NCBI GenBank assembly: GCA_035294085.1
Contig: DATGLP010000006.1
Location: 77,413-141,412, forward strand
DNA length: 64,000 nucleotides
Origin: Acidimicrobiales bacterium
GTDB taxonomy: Bacteria > Actinomycetota > Acidimicrobiia > Acidimicrobiales > Bog-793
Reading direction: 5' to 3'
The position numbers were made by a program, and so were the translations under genes. Under the pieces are notes generated by a model that saw only the letters and a program-made list of their open reading frames with translations, had not been told where the DNA came from and made no database searches. Below are positions 55,599 through 63,982 of this stretch, piece by piece. Each line of letters starts with the position of its first letter. The stretch's first letter is position 1.

Positions 55599-57496
55599 CC
55601 GGCACCGACGTGCGCGCCCGGCTCGAGGCGGGGGACCTCGCCTGCGTGCTCGACGGCGCGGACGTGCGCGACCTGTCGTTCGCCGGCCGCCGTCTCCTGA
55701 CGAGGCTCTACATCGCGGTGCGCGACGAGGCGTGGAACACCATCCCCTTCGAGGTGACGAGGCGCGACGTCTCGAGCGGACCCGGCCGCTTCGACGTCGC
55801 GCTGTCCTGCAGCGTCGACGACGGCCCGATCCGCGCCGAGTGGAGCGTGTCGATCGCCGGCCGCGCCGACGGAGAGTTCTCCTACTCGATGCGCGGCCGG
55901 ATGCTCTCGAGCTTCCGCTACGCGAAGCTCGGCCTCAACCTCCACCACCCCCTCCCCGAGAGCCTCGGTGCGCGCTGGGTGTCGCGCCGCGGCGACCGGC
56001 GAGCGAGCGGCCGGATCCCCGGGCTCATCGAGCCCCAGTTCTTCGTCGACGGCAAGCTCACCGGGATGTTCATGCCCTACGACGAGCTCGTCCTCGAGGC
56101 CGCCGCTGGCGAGGAGGTCGTCTTCAGCTTCACCGGGGACGAGTTCGAGATGCAGGACCACCGGAACTGGACGGACTACAACCTGAAGTCCTACAGCACG
56201 CCGCTCGAGATCCCGATCCCCCTCACCGCCGAGCCGGGCCAGCCCCTCGAGCAGGCGGTGACCATCCGCCCCCGCTACGCCAACGGCCCGCTCCCCACGC
56301 CCGACGCCGGTCACGTGGCCGTGGCCGTCGACCGCCGGCGGGTGGCCTCGCTGCCGAGGATCGGCTCGGAGTTCCCCGACGAGCTGGACGCGCTCGAGGC
56401 CCCGGCCGCCGACCTCGTGCGCGAGCTCTCGCTCGACTACGTACGTGTCAACCTCGACCTGACCTCCGACGAGGCGGTCGAGGTGGGCGCCCGCCGGGCC
56501 GAGGCGGCGCTCGCCTGCGGCGCGCCGCTCGAGCTCGTGCTCGTCGTGAGCCCGGGCGAGGTGCGCGCCGAGGAGGTCGGCCGCCTCGAGCGCTGGCTCG
56601 CCCGGTCCCGCCCGAGGCTGGAGCGCGTCGTCGTGCTCGAGGCGCCCCGCGGCTTCATCATCGGCCGCACGGCGACGGCGGGCGCCAAGGTGCGCGCCCT
56701 GCGGAGCGCCGTCGAGAGCTGCTGCGGCCCGAGCGCGCTCGTCTCGGCGACCGAGCAGTTCTTCGCCGACCTGAACCGGCAGTGGCCGGACCTCACCGGC
56801 GTGGACGGCGTGGGCTACACGATCTGCCCGCAGGTCCATGCCGCCGATGACACCTCGCTCATGGAGAACTCCTGGGGCCAGGCCGACACGGTGCTCACCG
56901 CCCGCGCCCGCGGCGGCAGGCGGCCCGTCCACGTCATCTCCGTCGCCCTGATCGGCAAGTTCGGCCCCTACCCGGGCGGCGTGCCCGACGTCCCCGTCCG
57001 CACCGCCTACGGCGATCCCCGCCAGTTCCTCCCCTTCGCCGCCGCGTGGACGGTGAGCTCGCTCGGCCAGCTCGTCGACGCCGAGGCGGCCTCCGTGACC
57101 TACTTCGAGCTCGCCGGCGACCGCGGACTCGTACGTCGAGCGGCCGGCTCGCCTTGGTACGCCGGCCCCGTCTACCGCGTGCTCGAGTCCGTCACCCACT
57201 GGCGCGGCGGGAACCTCGTGCGCCTCGCCTGCCCCCACGGCGGCACGCTCGCCGGCCTCGGCATGGAGTGGCCCGATCGCTCCGAGCTCCTCGTCGCCAA
57301 CCTGGCCCCCGAGGGGCGCCGGGTCGTCCTCTCCGGCCTCGCGGGCGACGCCGAGCTCCACGAGCTCGCCTCGCCGGCACCCGGCGGGGGAGCCGACTGG
57401 GTCGGCCCGCGCCGCGCCGAGCGGGCCGACGGGGCGCGAGGCACCGCCGCCTTCGAGATCGGCGGGTACGGCGTCGCCCGCCTGCGGACCGGCTAG
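55595..57496 (+). CDS. Hypothetical protein, 633 aa, family not recognised
   Basis: GTG 55595 forms a GTGA overlap with the permease stop. Third positions are consistently G/C and the composition is not Arg/Pro-rich. The sequence includes RLYIAVRDEAWNTIPFEV, FEMQDHRNWTDYNLKSY and GYTICPQVHAADDTSLMEN. I recognise no known family signature. Confidence 0.75.
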   Translation: MTGTDVRARLEAGDLACVLDGADVRDLSFAGRRLLTRLYIAVRDEAWNTIPFEVTRRDVSSGPGRFDVALSCSVDDGPIRAEWSVSIAGRADGEFSYSMRGRMLSSFRYAKLGLNLHHPLPESLGARWVSRRGDRRASGRIPGLIEPQFFVDGKLTGMFMPYDELVLEAAAGEEVVFSFTGDEFEMQDHRNWTDYNLKSYSTPLEIPIPLTAEPGQPLEQAVTIRPRYANGPLPTPDAGHVAVAVDRRRVASLPRIGSEFPDELDALEAPAADLVRELSLDYVRVNLDLTSDEAVEVGARRAEAALACGAPLELVLVVSPGEVRAEEVGRLERWLARSRPRLERVVVLEAPRGFIIGRTATAGAKVRALRSAVESCCGPSALVSATEQFFADLNRQWPDLTGVDGVGYTICPQVHAADDTSLMENSWGQADTVLTARARGGRRPVHVISVALIGKFGPYPGGVPDVPVRTAYGDPRQFLPFAAAWTVSSLGQLVDAEAASVTYFELAGDRGLVRRAAGSPWYAGPVYRVLESVTHWRGGNLVRLACPHGGTLAGLGMEWPDRSELLVANLAPEGRRVVLSGLAGDAELHELASPAPGGGADWVGPRRAERADGARGTAAFEIGGYGVARLRTG

Positions 57497-57502
57497 GGCG
57501 CG

Positions 57503-58264
57503 ATGTTCGAGCTGACCGGCACGATCGCCCTCGTCACGGGCGGCGGGAGCGGCCTCGGCGCCGCCATCGCGGAGGGACTCGCCGCACAGGGTGCGCACGT
57601 CGCGATCGCCGACCTCGACCTGGCGCGGGCCGAGGAGGTCGCCGGGCGCGTGCACGAGCGCGGCGGCCAGGCAAGCGCCTGGCGCCTCGACGTGAGCCGC
57701 CACGCCGAGGTCGAGGCGTGCGTCGCCGAGATCGCCGGCACCGTGGGCCCCATCGACGTCCTCGTCGCCTCGGCTGGGATCGGCGTCCGCCGACCGGCCG
57801 TCTCGCTCAGCCCCGAGGACTGGCAGCGCGTCATCGACGTCAACCTGAGCGGCTGCTGGTTCTGCGACCAGGCGGTCGGCCGGCGGATGATCGAGGACGG
57901 GAGGCCCGGGTCGATCATCAACATCGGGTCGGTGGTGGGCCAGGTGGGCATCGACACCGGGAACGCCAACTACGCCGCGAGCAAGGGAGGCATCATCGGC
58001 CTCACCAAGTGCCTGGCCGTCGAGTGGGCCCCGGCGGGCGTGCGCGTCAACGTCATCGCCCCAACGCACTTCAAGACGCCGCTCGTCGAGCAGGCCATCG
58101 CGGACCGGCCCGAGCTCGAGCAGCGGTTCCTCGCCAACATCCCCCTCGGACGGCTCGGCGAGCCGAGGGAGATCGTCGGCGCCGCCGTCTTCCTCGCCTC
58201 CGACGAGTCCTCGATGGTCACCGGCCACGTGCTGAACGTCGACGGGGGACACACCGCGAGGTGA
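57503..58264 (+). CDS. Short-chain dehydrogenase/reductase (SDR) 3, KduD/gluconate-5-dehydrogenase-like
   Basis: It has VTGGGSGLGAAIA, the catalytic YAASKGGI, then IAPTHFKTP and GHVLNVDGG. The product is 253 aa. Confidence 0.9.
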   Translation: MFELTGTIALVTGGGSGLGAAIAEGLAAQGAHVAIADLDLARAEEVAGRVHERGGQASAWRLDVSRHAEVEACVAEIAGTVGPIDVLVASAGIGVRRPAVSLSPEDWQRVIDVNLSGCWFCDQAVGRRMIEDGRPGSIINIGSVVGQVGIDTGNANYAASKGGIIGLTKCLAVEWAPAGVRVNVIAPTHFKTPLVEQAIADRPELEQRFLANIPLGRLGEPREIVGAAVFLASDESSMVTGHVLNVDGGHTAR

Positions 58265-58382
58265 ACGAGGCGAGGCGGCCACCTGGCGCCGGGGCGGCCG
58301 GCGCCGGCCACGACACCACGACGGCAAGGTCAGGGAGGCAGATGGCTGGTCGAACCCTTCGAGGCGAGCTGGAGCGGCGGCG

Positions 58383-59150
58383 ATGACCTGGGACCTCGGC
58401 GCAGGGCTCGAGTCGCGCGCCGTGATCGTGACCGGCGCGGCCGGCGGGATCGGCCGCGAGGTGGCCAAGGCCTTCGCCGCGGCGGGCGCGAAGGTGCTGG
58501 CGGTCGACCGGCCCGGCGCGGACGCCGGCGGGCTCCTCGAGTCGCTCGAGGGGACCGACCACCGCTACCGCGCCGTCGACCTCGGCGACCTGTCGACCCA
58601 CGACGCCCTCGTCGCCGAGGCTCGCTCGGCCTTCGGCGAGCTGTACGCGCTCGTCCACCTCGCCGCGGTGCTGCGACGCCAGCAGCACCTCAGCGACGTG
58701 CGGGAGGAGGACTGGGACTTCCAGGTCGACACGAACCTGAAGGCGACCTTCTTCCTCTGCCGCGCCGCCGCCGAGGCGATGGTGGAGCAGGGCCGCGGCG
58801 GGCGCATCATCACCTTCACCTCCCAGGGGTGGTGGACGGGCGGCTTCGGGGGCTCGGTCGTCTACAACGCGACGAAGGGCGGCATCGTCACGATGACGCG
58901 GGGCATGGCCCGCACGTACGGGCCGCACGAGATCACCTGCAACTCCATCGCCCCCGGGCAGGTGCGCACTCCGATGCTGCTGACCGGCCTGAGCGACGAG
59001 GTGCTCGAGACGATGACGCGCGCGACGCCGCTCGGCCGCATCGCCGAGCCCGAGGAGATCGCGGGGGTCGCCGTCTTCCTCGCCAGCCGGCACGCCGCCT
59101 TCATCACCGGGGCGACGATCAACATCACCGGAGGCTTCCTCATGTACTGA
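58383..59150 (+). CDS. Short-chain dehydrogenase/reductase (SDR) 4
   Basis: It has VTGAAGGIGREVA, the catalytic YNATKGGI, then IAPGQVRTPM and GATINITGG. The product is 255 aa. Confidence 0.88.
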   Translation: MTWDLGAGLESRAVIVTGAAGGIGREVAKAFAAAGAKVLAVDRPGADAGGLLESLEGTDHRYRAVDLGDLSTHDALVAEARSAFGELYALVHLAAVLRRQQHLSDVREEDWDFQVDTNLKATFFLCRAAAEAMVEQGRGGRIITFTSQGWWTGGFGGSVVYNATKGGIVTMTRGMARTYGPHEITCNSIAPGQVRTPMLLTGLSDEVLETMTRATPLGRIAEPEEIAGVAVFLASRHAAFITGATINITGGFLMY

Positions 59151-59194
59151 CCGTGGGACCCGGTGGACGTCGGCAGGCCGCGCCGGCGCCAGCC

Positions 59195-59223
59195 TTGACG
59201 CCCTCGCGGCCGACCAGTAGTTT
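59195..59223 (+). promoter_or_regulatory. Sigma-70-type promoter of the enolase/CoA-transferase/E1 operon
   Basis: TTGACG (59195-59200), a 17-nt spacer, then TAGTTT (59218-59223). It has the same -35 hexamer and spacing as the promoter at 51630. Confidence 0.55.
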
Positions 59224-59247
59224 GAAACCGATTCTGGAATCGATAAC
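59224..59247. promoter_or_regulatory. Operator copies 3a and 3b (tandem): GAAACCGATTCT + GGAATCGATAAC
   Basis: Two adjacent 12-mers match GGAATCGATTCC at 9 of 12 and 10 of 12 positions. They start immediately after the -10 hexamer and end 14 nt before the GTG at 59261. Confidence 0.6.
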
Positions 59248-59260
59248 AGGGGAACCGACC

Positions 59261-60376
59261 GTGCAGCTTCGAATCCGCGCCATCGAGACGATCCCGATCC
59301 GGGTGAGCCTCGCACGGCTGTATCGCGGCAGCCACTACAAGATGCCGAACCGCTGCACGATCATCACGCGCGTCGTCACCGAGGAGGGCGTCGTCGGCCA
59401 GTCCTACAACGCGGACGCCGACGAGGAGCAGGCGACGATCGTCCGCATCATCCACGACGAGCTCGCCCCGCTCGTCACCGGACGTGACGCCTTCGCCTAC
59501 GAGGACTGCTGGGAGGCGATGCGCCGGATCACCTTCGACCAGCTGCGCGACCGGCGCTTCGCGATGCAGGCCATCGCCTGCGTCGACTCGGCGGCCTGGG
59601 ACGCGATCGGCAAGGCCCTCGGCGTGCCGCTCTTCAGGCTGTGGGGAGGTTTCCGCAACGCCGTGCCGATCATCGGGATCGGCGGCTACTACACGGATGA
59701 CCCCGGGAGCATCGAGCAGGAGGTGGGCTTCTTCTCCGACGAGGGGTTCACCGGCATGAAGTTCAAGATCGGGGGCCTCTCGCCGGCCGAGGACGCCGAA
59801 CGGCTCCGGCGCGCCGTCAAGGCGGCCCGACCCGGATTCCGCTTCCTCGTCGACGCCAACCAGGCCTGGACGGTCGCCGAGGCCGTCGAGTTCGTCGCCC
59901 GGGTCCGCGACTTCGTCGACCTTCGCTGGTTCGAGGAGCCGTGCCAGTGGCCCGACGACCGGCGTGCGATGCGCGACGTCCGCTACAAGACCGGCGTGCC
60001 CGTCGCCGCGGGCCAGATGGAGATCACGCGGTCGGGGATGCGGGACCTCATGGTCGCCGGCGCCATCGACGTCTCCAACTTCGACGCCTCCTGGGGCGGC
60101 GGGCCGACGGAGTGGCGCCGCGTCGCGCAGCTCGCCGCGAGCTTCGGCGTCGAGATGGGCCACCACGAGGAGGCCCAGGTCTCGAGCCACCTCCTCGCCG
60201 CCATCCCGCACGGCACCTACGTCGAGGCGTTCCACCCCGAGCGCGACCCGATCTTCTGGCGGATGCTCGCCAACCGGCCGGACCTGAGCGAGGGGCTCTT
60301 CACGCTCCCGGAGGCGCCGGGCTTCGGCTGGGACCTCGACGAGGACTTCGTCGAGGAGTTCCGGGCGGACCGCTGA
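59261..60376 (+). CDS. Enolase-superfamily enzyme (mandelate racemase/muconate lactonizing family, probable acid-sugar dehydratase)
   Basis: In-frame GTG 59261 gives a 371-aa product. It reads AIACVDSAAWDAIGKALGVPLFRLWGG, FKIGG, the metal-ligand regions FLVDANQAW and WFEEP, then PVAAGQ and DVSNFD. Confidence 0.88.
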   Translation: MQLRIRAIETIPIRVSLARLYRGSHYKMPNRCTIITRVVTEEGVVGQSYNADADEEQATIVRIIHDELAPLVTGRDAFAYEDCWEAMRRITFDQLRDRRFAMQAIACVDSAAWDAIGKALGVPLFRLWGGFRNAVPIIGIGGYYTDDPGSIEQEVGFFSDEGFTGMKFKIGGLSPAEDAERLRRAVKAARPGFRFLVDANQAWTVAEAVEFVARVRDFVDLRWFEEPCQWPDDRRAMRDVRYKTGVPVAAGQMEITRSGMRDLMVAGAIDVSNFDASWGGGPTEWRRVAQLAASFGVEMGHHEEAQVSSHLLAAIPHGTYVEAFHPERDPIFWRMLANRPDLSEGLFTLPEAPGFGWDLDEDFVEEFRADR

Positions 60377-60441
60377 GCGCGAGCCGTGCACGGGCGCGCA
60401 CCTGGCCACGAGGACCGGCCCGGCACCGCCGGGCGGCACGC

Positions 60442-61674
60442 ATGAGCGCTCCCCGGCCGCTCGAGGGCGTCCGGATCCTCGCCCTCGAGCAGTACGGCGC
60501 GGGGCCCTTCGCCACCCTGCAGCTCGTCGACCTCGGCGCCGACGTGATCAAGGTCGAGGACCCGGCGACCGGCGGGGACGTCGGCCGGCGGGTCCCCCCC
60601 TACGCCACCGACGACGCGAGCGTCTTCTTCGAGTCGTTCAACCGTGGCAAGCGCTCGATCGCGCTCGACCTCTCGAGCGACGCGGGGCGCGCGCTGTTCG
60701 AGCGGCTCGTCGAGCGCTGCGACGCCGTCTTCGCCAACCTGCGCGGTGACGTGCCCGCCAAGCTGCGGCTGCGCTACGAGGACCTGCGCCACCTGAACGA
60801 GCGCGTCGTGTGCTGCTTCCTCAGCTCCTACGGCATCGAGGGCAGCGAGCAGCGCGAGCCGGGCTACGACTACGTGATCCAGGGGCGCGCCGGGTGGATG
60901 TCGCTCACCGGCGAGCCCGACGACCCACCCGAGAAGACCGGGCTGTCCCTCGTCGACTACTCGACCGGCCTCGTCGCCGCGCTCTCCCTCGTCAGCGCGC
61001 TCCACGCCGCCCGCCGCACCGGTAAGGGCGCGGACTGCGACGTCGCCCTCTTCGACACCGCCATCGCGATGCTCACCTACCCGGGGGCCTGGCACCTGAG
61101 CCGCGGCTTCTCGCCGACGCGCACGACGCGCTCGGCCCACCCGTCGCTCATCCCCTTCCAGAACTTCCGCACCGCGGATGGCTGGATCGTCGTCGCCTGC
61201 GCGAAGGAGAAGTTCTGGCAGCGCCTGGTCCACGTGCTCGGCCGGCCGGAGCTCGCCGACGATGCGCGCTACTCGAGCTTCGAGGCGCGCCGGGAGAACG
61301 CGTCGATCCTGCTCCCCGAGCTCGACCGTCTCTTCGCGGCGCGGCACACCGGGGAGCTCCTCGCCGCCCTGCGCGCTGCGGGCGTCCCCTGCGGCCCGGT
61401 CAACGACGTCGCCGGCGCGCTCGCGGACCCCCTCGTCGCGGAGCGCGGGCTCGTCGTCGAGACCGAGCACCCGAGCCTCGGGACCGTCCGGCAGCTCGCT
61501 AGCGCGCCGCGCGTCGGCCCCTTCGAGCCGGCGCGCCGGCGCGGCCCCTTCCTCGGCGAGCACACCGAGGAGGTCCTCGGCGAGCTGCTCGGGCTCGACG
61601 AGGCGGCCATCGCCGACCTCGGGCGCGAGGGGGCGTTCGGCCGGGAGTGGCGCAGCGCCTCTCGGGCGAGCTAG
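60442..61674 (+). CDS. Class III (CaiB/BaiF-family) CoA-transferase
   Basis: In-frame ATG 60442. It reads PLEGVRILALEQYGAGPFATLQLVDLGADVIKVE and NRGKRSIALDL, then the catalytic-Asp region SLVDYSTG, then LGEHTEEVL. The product is 410 aa. Confidence 0.9.
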   Translation: MSAPRPLEGVRILALEQYGAGPFATLQLVDLGADVIKVEDPATGGDVGRRVPPYATDDASVFFESFNRGKRSIALDLSSDAGRALFERLVERCDAVFANLRGDVPAKLRLRYEDLRHLNERVVCCFLSSYGIEGSEQREPGYDYVIQGRAGWMSLTGEPDDPPEKTGLSLVDYSTGLVAALSLVSALHAARRTGKGADCDVALFDTAIAMLTYPGAWHLSRGFSPTRTTRSAHPSLIPFQNFRTADGWIVVACAKEKFWQRLVHVLGRPELADDARYSSFEARRENASILLPELDRLFAARHTGELLAALRAAGVPCGPVNDVAGALADPLVAERGLVVETEHPSLGTVRQLASAPRVGPFEPARRRGPFLGEHTEEVLGELLGLDEAAIADLGREGAFGREWRSASRAS

Positions 61675-61682
61675 TGAGGTAG

Positions 61683-61700
61683 GCAGAAGTCGCAGAAGTC
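61683..61700 (+). repeat. Perfect tandem 9-mer GCAGAAGTC x2 in the CoA-transferase / E1-beta spacer
   Basis: ag-GCAGAAGTC-GCAGAAGTC-gacg lies within the 44-nt intergenic spacer. It is relatively AT-rich and is followed by the RBS-like GGGAG and ATG 61719. Confidence 0.6.
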
Positions 61701-61718
61701 GACGATGCGGGAGCGAGC

Positions 61719-62729
61719 ATGGCGAAGCTGCGGATGAACCAGGCCATCGCCCTGGCCCTCGGCGAGGAGATGGCGCGCGACGAGCGCGTCGTGCTGCTGG
61801 GCGAGGACGTGGCCGAGGCGGAGGGGCCCTTCAAGACCTCGGAGGGCCTGCTGCGCCGCTTCGGCCCGACGCGGGTGCGCGACACGCCGATCTCGGAGAT
61901 GGGCTTCCTCGGCGCGGCCGTCGGAGCGGCGATGACCGGGCTGCGCCCGGTCGTCGAGATCATGTTCATCGAGTTCCTCGGGGTCGCCCTCGACCAGGTC
62001 GTCACCGAGGCCGCGATGATGCACTTCCTGTCGGGCGGGAAGGTGAGCGTCCCGCTCACCGTGCGAGCCTCGGCCGGCGCGGGGCTCGGCTTCGGCTGCC
62101 AGCACTCCCAGACGCTCGAGCGCTGGCTGCTCGGCACACCGGGCCTCAAGCTGGCGGTCGCCTCCGGCGCGCGCAGCGCCTACGGCCTCACGAAGGCCGC
62201 CATCCGCCACGACGACCCGGTCGTGCTCCTCGAGCCGCGCACCCTCTACGGCCGGCGGGAGGACTTCGAGCCGGGCGAGGACGCCGTCGTCCCCCTCGGC
62301 AGCGCGGAGGTGCTACGCGAGGGCTCTGACGTCACGATCGTGGCGCTCGGCCAGACGGTGGGCGTCGCGCTCGAGGCGGCCGAGGCCTCGAAGGACTTCT
62401 CGGCGGAGGTCATCGACCTGCGGACGCTCCTGCCCTGGGACCGGGACCTCCTGCGAGCCTCGGTCGCGAAGACGCGCCGGCTCGTCACCGTGGAGGAGAA
62501 CCAGTACACCGGGGGGTGGGGCACCGACATCGTCGCGCACCTGGCGTCGGTCGCCCACGCGGAGCTCGCGGCGCCGCCGGTGCGGGTCACCGCACCGGAC
62601 ACGCACGTCCCCTACGGCACCGAGCTCGAGGCTCGCTTCGTCCCGACGAGCGAGTACCTCGCGGCCCAGGTTCGTTCGCTGCTCCGCACGGGCACGGCGC
62701 CGAGGCACTGGTGGGAGGAGGAGCTGTGA
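61719..62729 (+). CDS. Thiamine-diphosphate-dependent 2-oxoacid/acetoin dehydrogenase E1 component, beta subunit
   Basis: It reads MNQAIALALGEEMARDERVVLLGEDV, RVRDTPISEMGFLGAAVGAAMTGLRPVVEIMF and LLPWDRD. The product is 336 aa. Confidence 0.92.
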   Translation: MAKLRMNQAIALALGEEMARDERVVLLGEDVAEAEGPFKTSEGLLRRFGPTRVRDTPISEMGFLGAAVGAAMTGLRPVVEIMFIEFLGVALDQVVTEAAMMHFLSGGKVSVPLTVRASAGAGLGFGCQHSQTLERWLLGTPGLKLAVASGARSAYGLTKAAIRHDDPVVLLEPRTLYGRREDFEPGEDAVVPLGSAEVLREGSDVTIVALGQTVGVALEAAEASKDFSAEVIDLRTLLPWDRDLLRASVAKTRRLVTVEENQYTGGWGTDIVAHLASVAHAELAAPPVRVTAPDTHVPYGTELEARFVPTSEYLAAQVRSLLRTGTAPRHWWEEEL

Positions 62730-63733
62730 CGCAGGTCGACGAGTCGACGAAGGAGCCGCTCGCGCGCCGGGAGGCGCTGCAGTCCGGCCGGCGCGCCCGC
62801 TACGAACGGATGGTCGAGATCCGCCTCGTCGAGGACAAGGTCATGGAGCTGTTCGCGCAGGGCATGATCGCCGGCACGACGCACACCGCGCAGGGCCAGG
62901 AGGCGGTCTGCGTCGGCATCGCCGCGGTGGCCCGTCCCGACGACGTGGTCGCCTGCACCTACCGGGGTCACGGGATGGCGCTGGCCCTCGGCGCGACGCG
63001 CGAGGCGGTGCTCGGCGAGATCCTCAACCGCCAGGTGGGCTGCATGGGCGGCCTCGGCGGCTCGATGCACCTGAGCGAGCTGTCGGTCGGCCTGCTCCCG
63101 ACGATGGCGATCGTCGGCGCGGGCATCCCGATCGGCGCGGGCGCGGCGCTCAGCGCGCAGGTCCTCGGGCGGGACAACGTCGCGATCTCCGTCTTCGGCG
63201 ACGGCGCGTCCAACATCGGGGCCTTCCACGAGGGGCTCAACCTCGCGGCGATCTGGAAGCTGCCGGTCGTGTTCGTCTGCGAGAACAACCAGTACGGCGA
63301 GTACACCCGGATCGACCGGACCACGCCGGTACAGGACATCGCGACGCGCGCCGCCTCGTACGCGATCCCCGGTGAGATCGTCGACGGCCAGGACGTCGAC
63401 GCGGTGGAGGCCGCCGTGTCGAGGGCGATCGCGAGAGCCCGCGCCGGCGAGGGGCCGACGCTCATCGAGGCGAAGACCTACCGCTACTCGGGGCACTCGC
63501 GCTCGGACAAGGCGACCTACCGGCCGCCGGGCGAGCTCGAGGCGTGGCGGGCGCGCGACCCGATCACCCTGTTCGGGCGCAAGCTCGTGGAGGAGGGGAC
63601 GGTGCGGCCGGAGGAGCTCGAGGCGATCGAAGGCGAGCAACGGCGCCTCGTCGAGGAGACGGTCGCGCGCGTCCTCGACAGCCCGCGTCCCACGGCGGCG
63701 CAGATGCTCGAGCGGGTCGCGGCGAGCAGCTAG
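62726..63733 (+). CDS. Thiamine-diphosphate-dependent 2-oxoacid/acetoin dehydrogenase E1 component, alpha subunit
   Basis: GTG 62726 forms a GTGA overlap with the preceding stop. It reads YRGHGMALA, the ThDP motif GDGASNIGAFHEGLNLAAIWKLPVVFVCENNQY, and YRYSGHSRSD. The product is 335 aa. Confidence 0.92.
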   Translation: MTQVDESTKEPLARREALQSGRRARYERMVEIRLVEDKVMELFAQGMIAGTTHTAQGQEAVCVGIAAVARPDDVVACTYRGHGMALALGATREAVLGEILNRQVGCMGGLGGSMHLSELSVGLLPTMAIVGAGIPIGAGAALSAQVLGRDNVAISVFGDGASNIGAFHEGLNLAAIWKLPVVFVCENNQYGEYTRIDRTTPVQDIATRAASYAIPGEIVDGQDVDAVEAAVSRAIARARAGEGPTLIEAKTYRYSGHSRSDKATYRPPGELEAWRARDPITLFGRKLVEEGTVRPEELEAIEGEQRRLVEETVARVLDSPRPTAAQMLERVAASS

Positions 63734-63742
63734 GAGGAAACG

Positions 63743-63982
63743 GTGCGCTACGAGGTCACGCTCCCCAAGCTCGGCGACGCGATGCAGAGCGCGCTCGTCA
63801 CGGAGTGGCGCTGCGCTGTCGGCGATCGGGTGGAGGCGGGGGCGCCGCTCGTCACCGTCGAGACGGACAAGGTGACGACCGAGGTCCCCTCGCCGGTCGC
63901 CGGCACGGTGGTCGAGCTGGCCGTCGCCCCCGACGACGAGGTCGAGGTCGGGGCGCTGCTGTGCACGATCGAGACGGCCTGA
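63743..63982 (+). CDS. Stand-alone lipoyl-attachment domain protein (79 aa)
   Basis: MRYEVTLPKLGDAMQSALVTEWRCAVGDRVEAGAPLVTVETDKVTTEVPSPVAGTVVELAV... is a complete lipoyl domain with the lipoyl-lysine motif ETDKV. The ORF ends with TGA at 63980-63982, with no E2 catalytic domain attached. Confidence 0.8.
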   Translation: MRYEVTLPKLGDAMQSALVTEWRCAVGDRVEAGAPLVTVETDKVTTEVPSPVAGTVVELAVAPDDEVEVGALLCTIETA

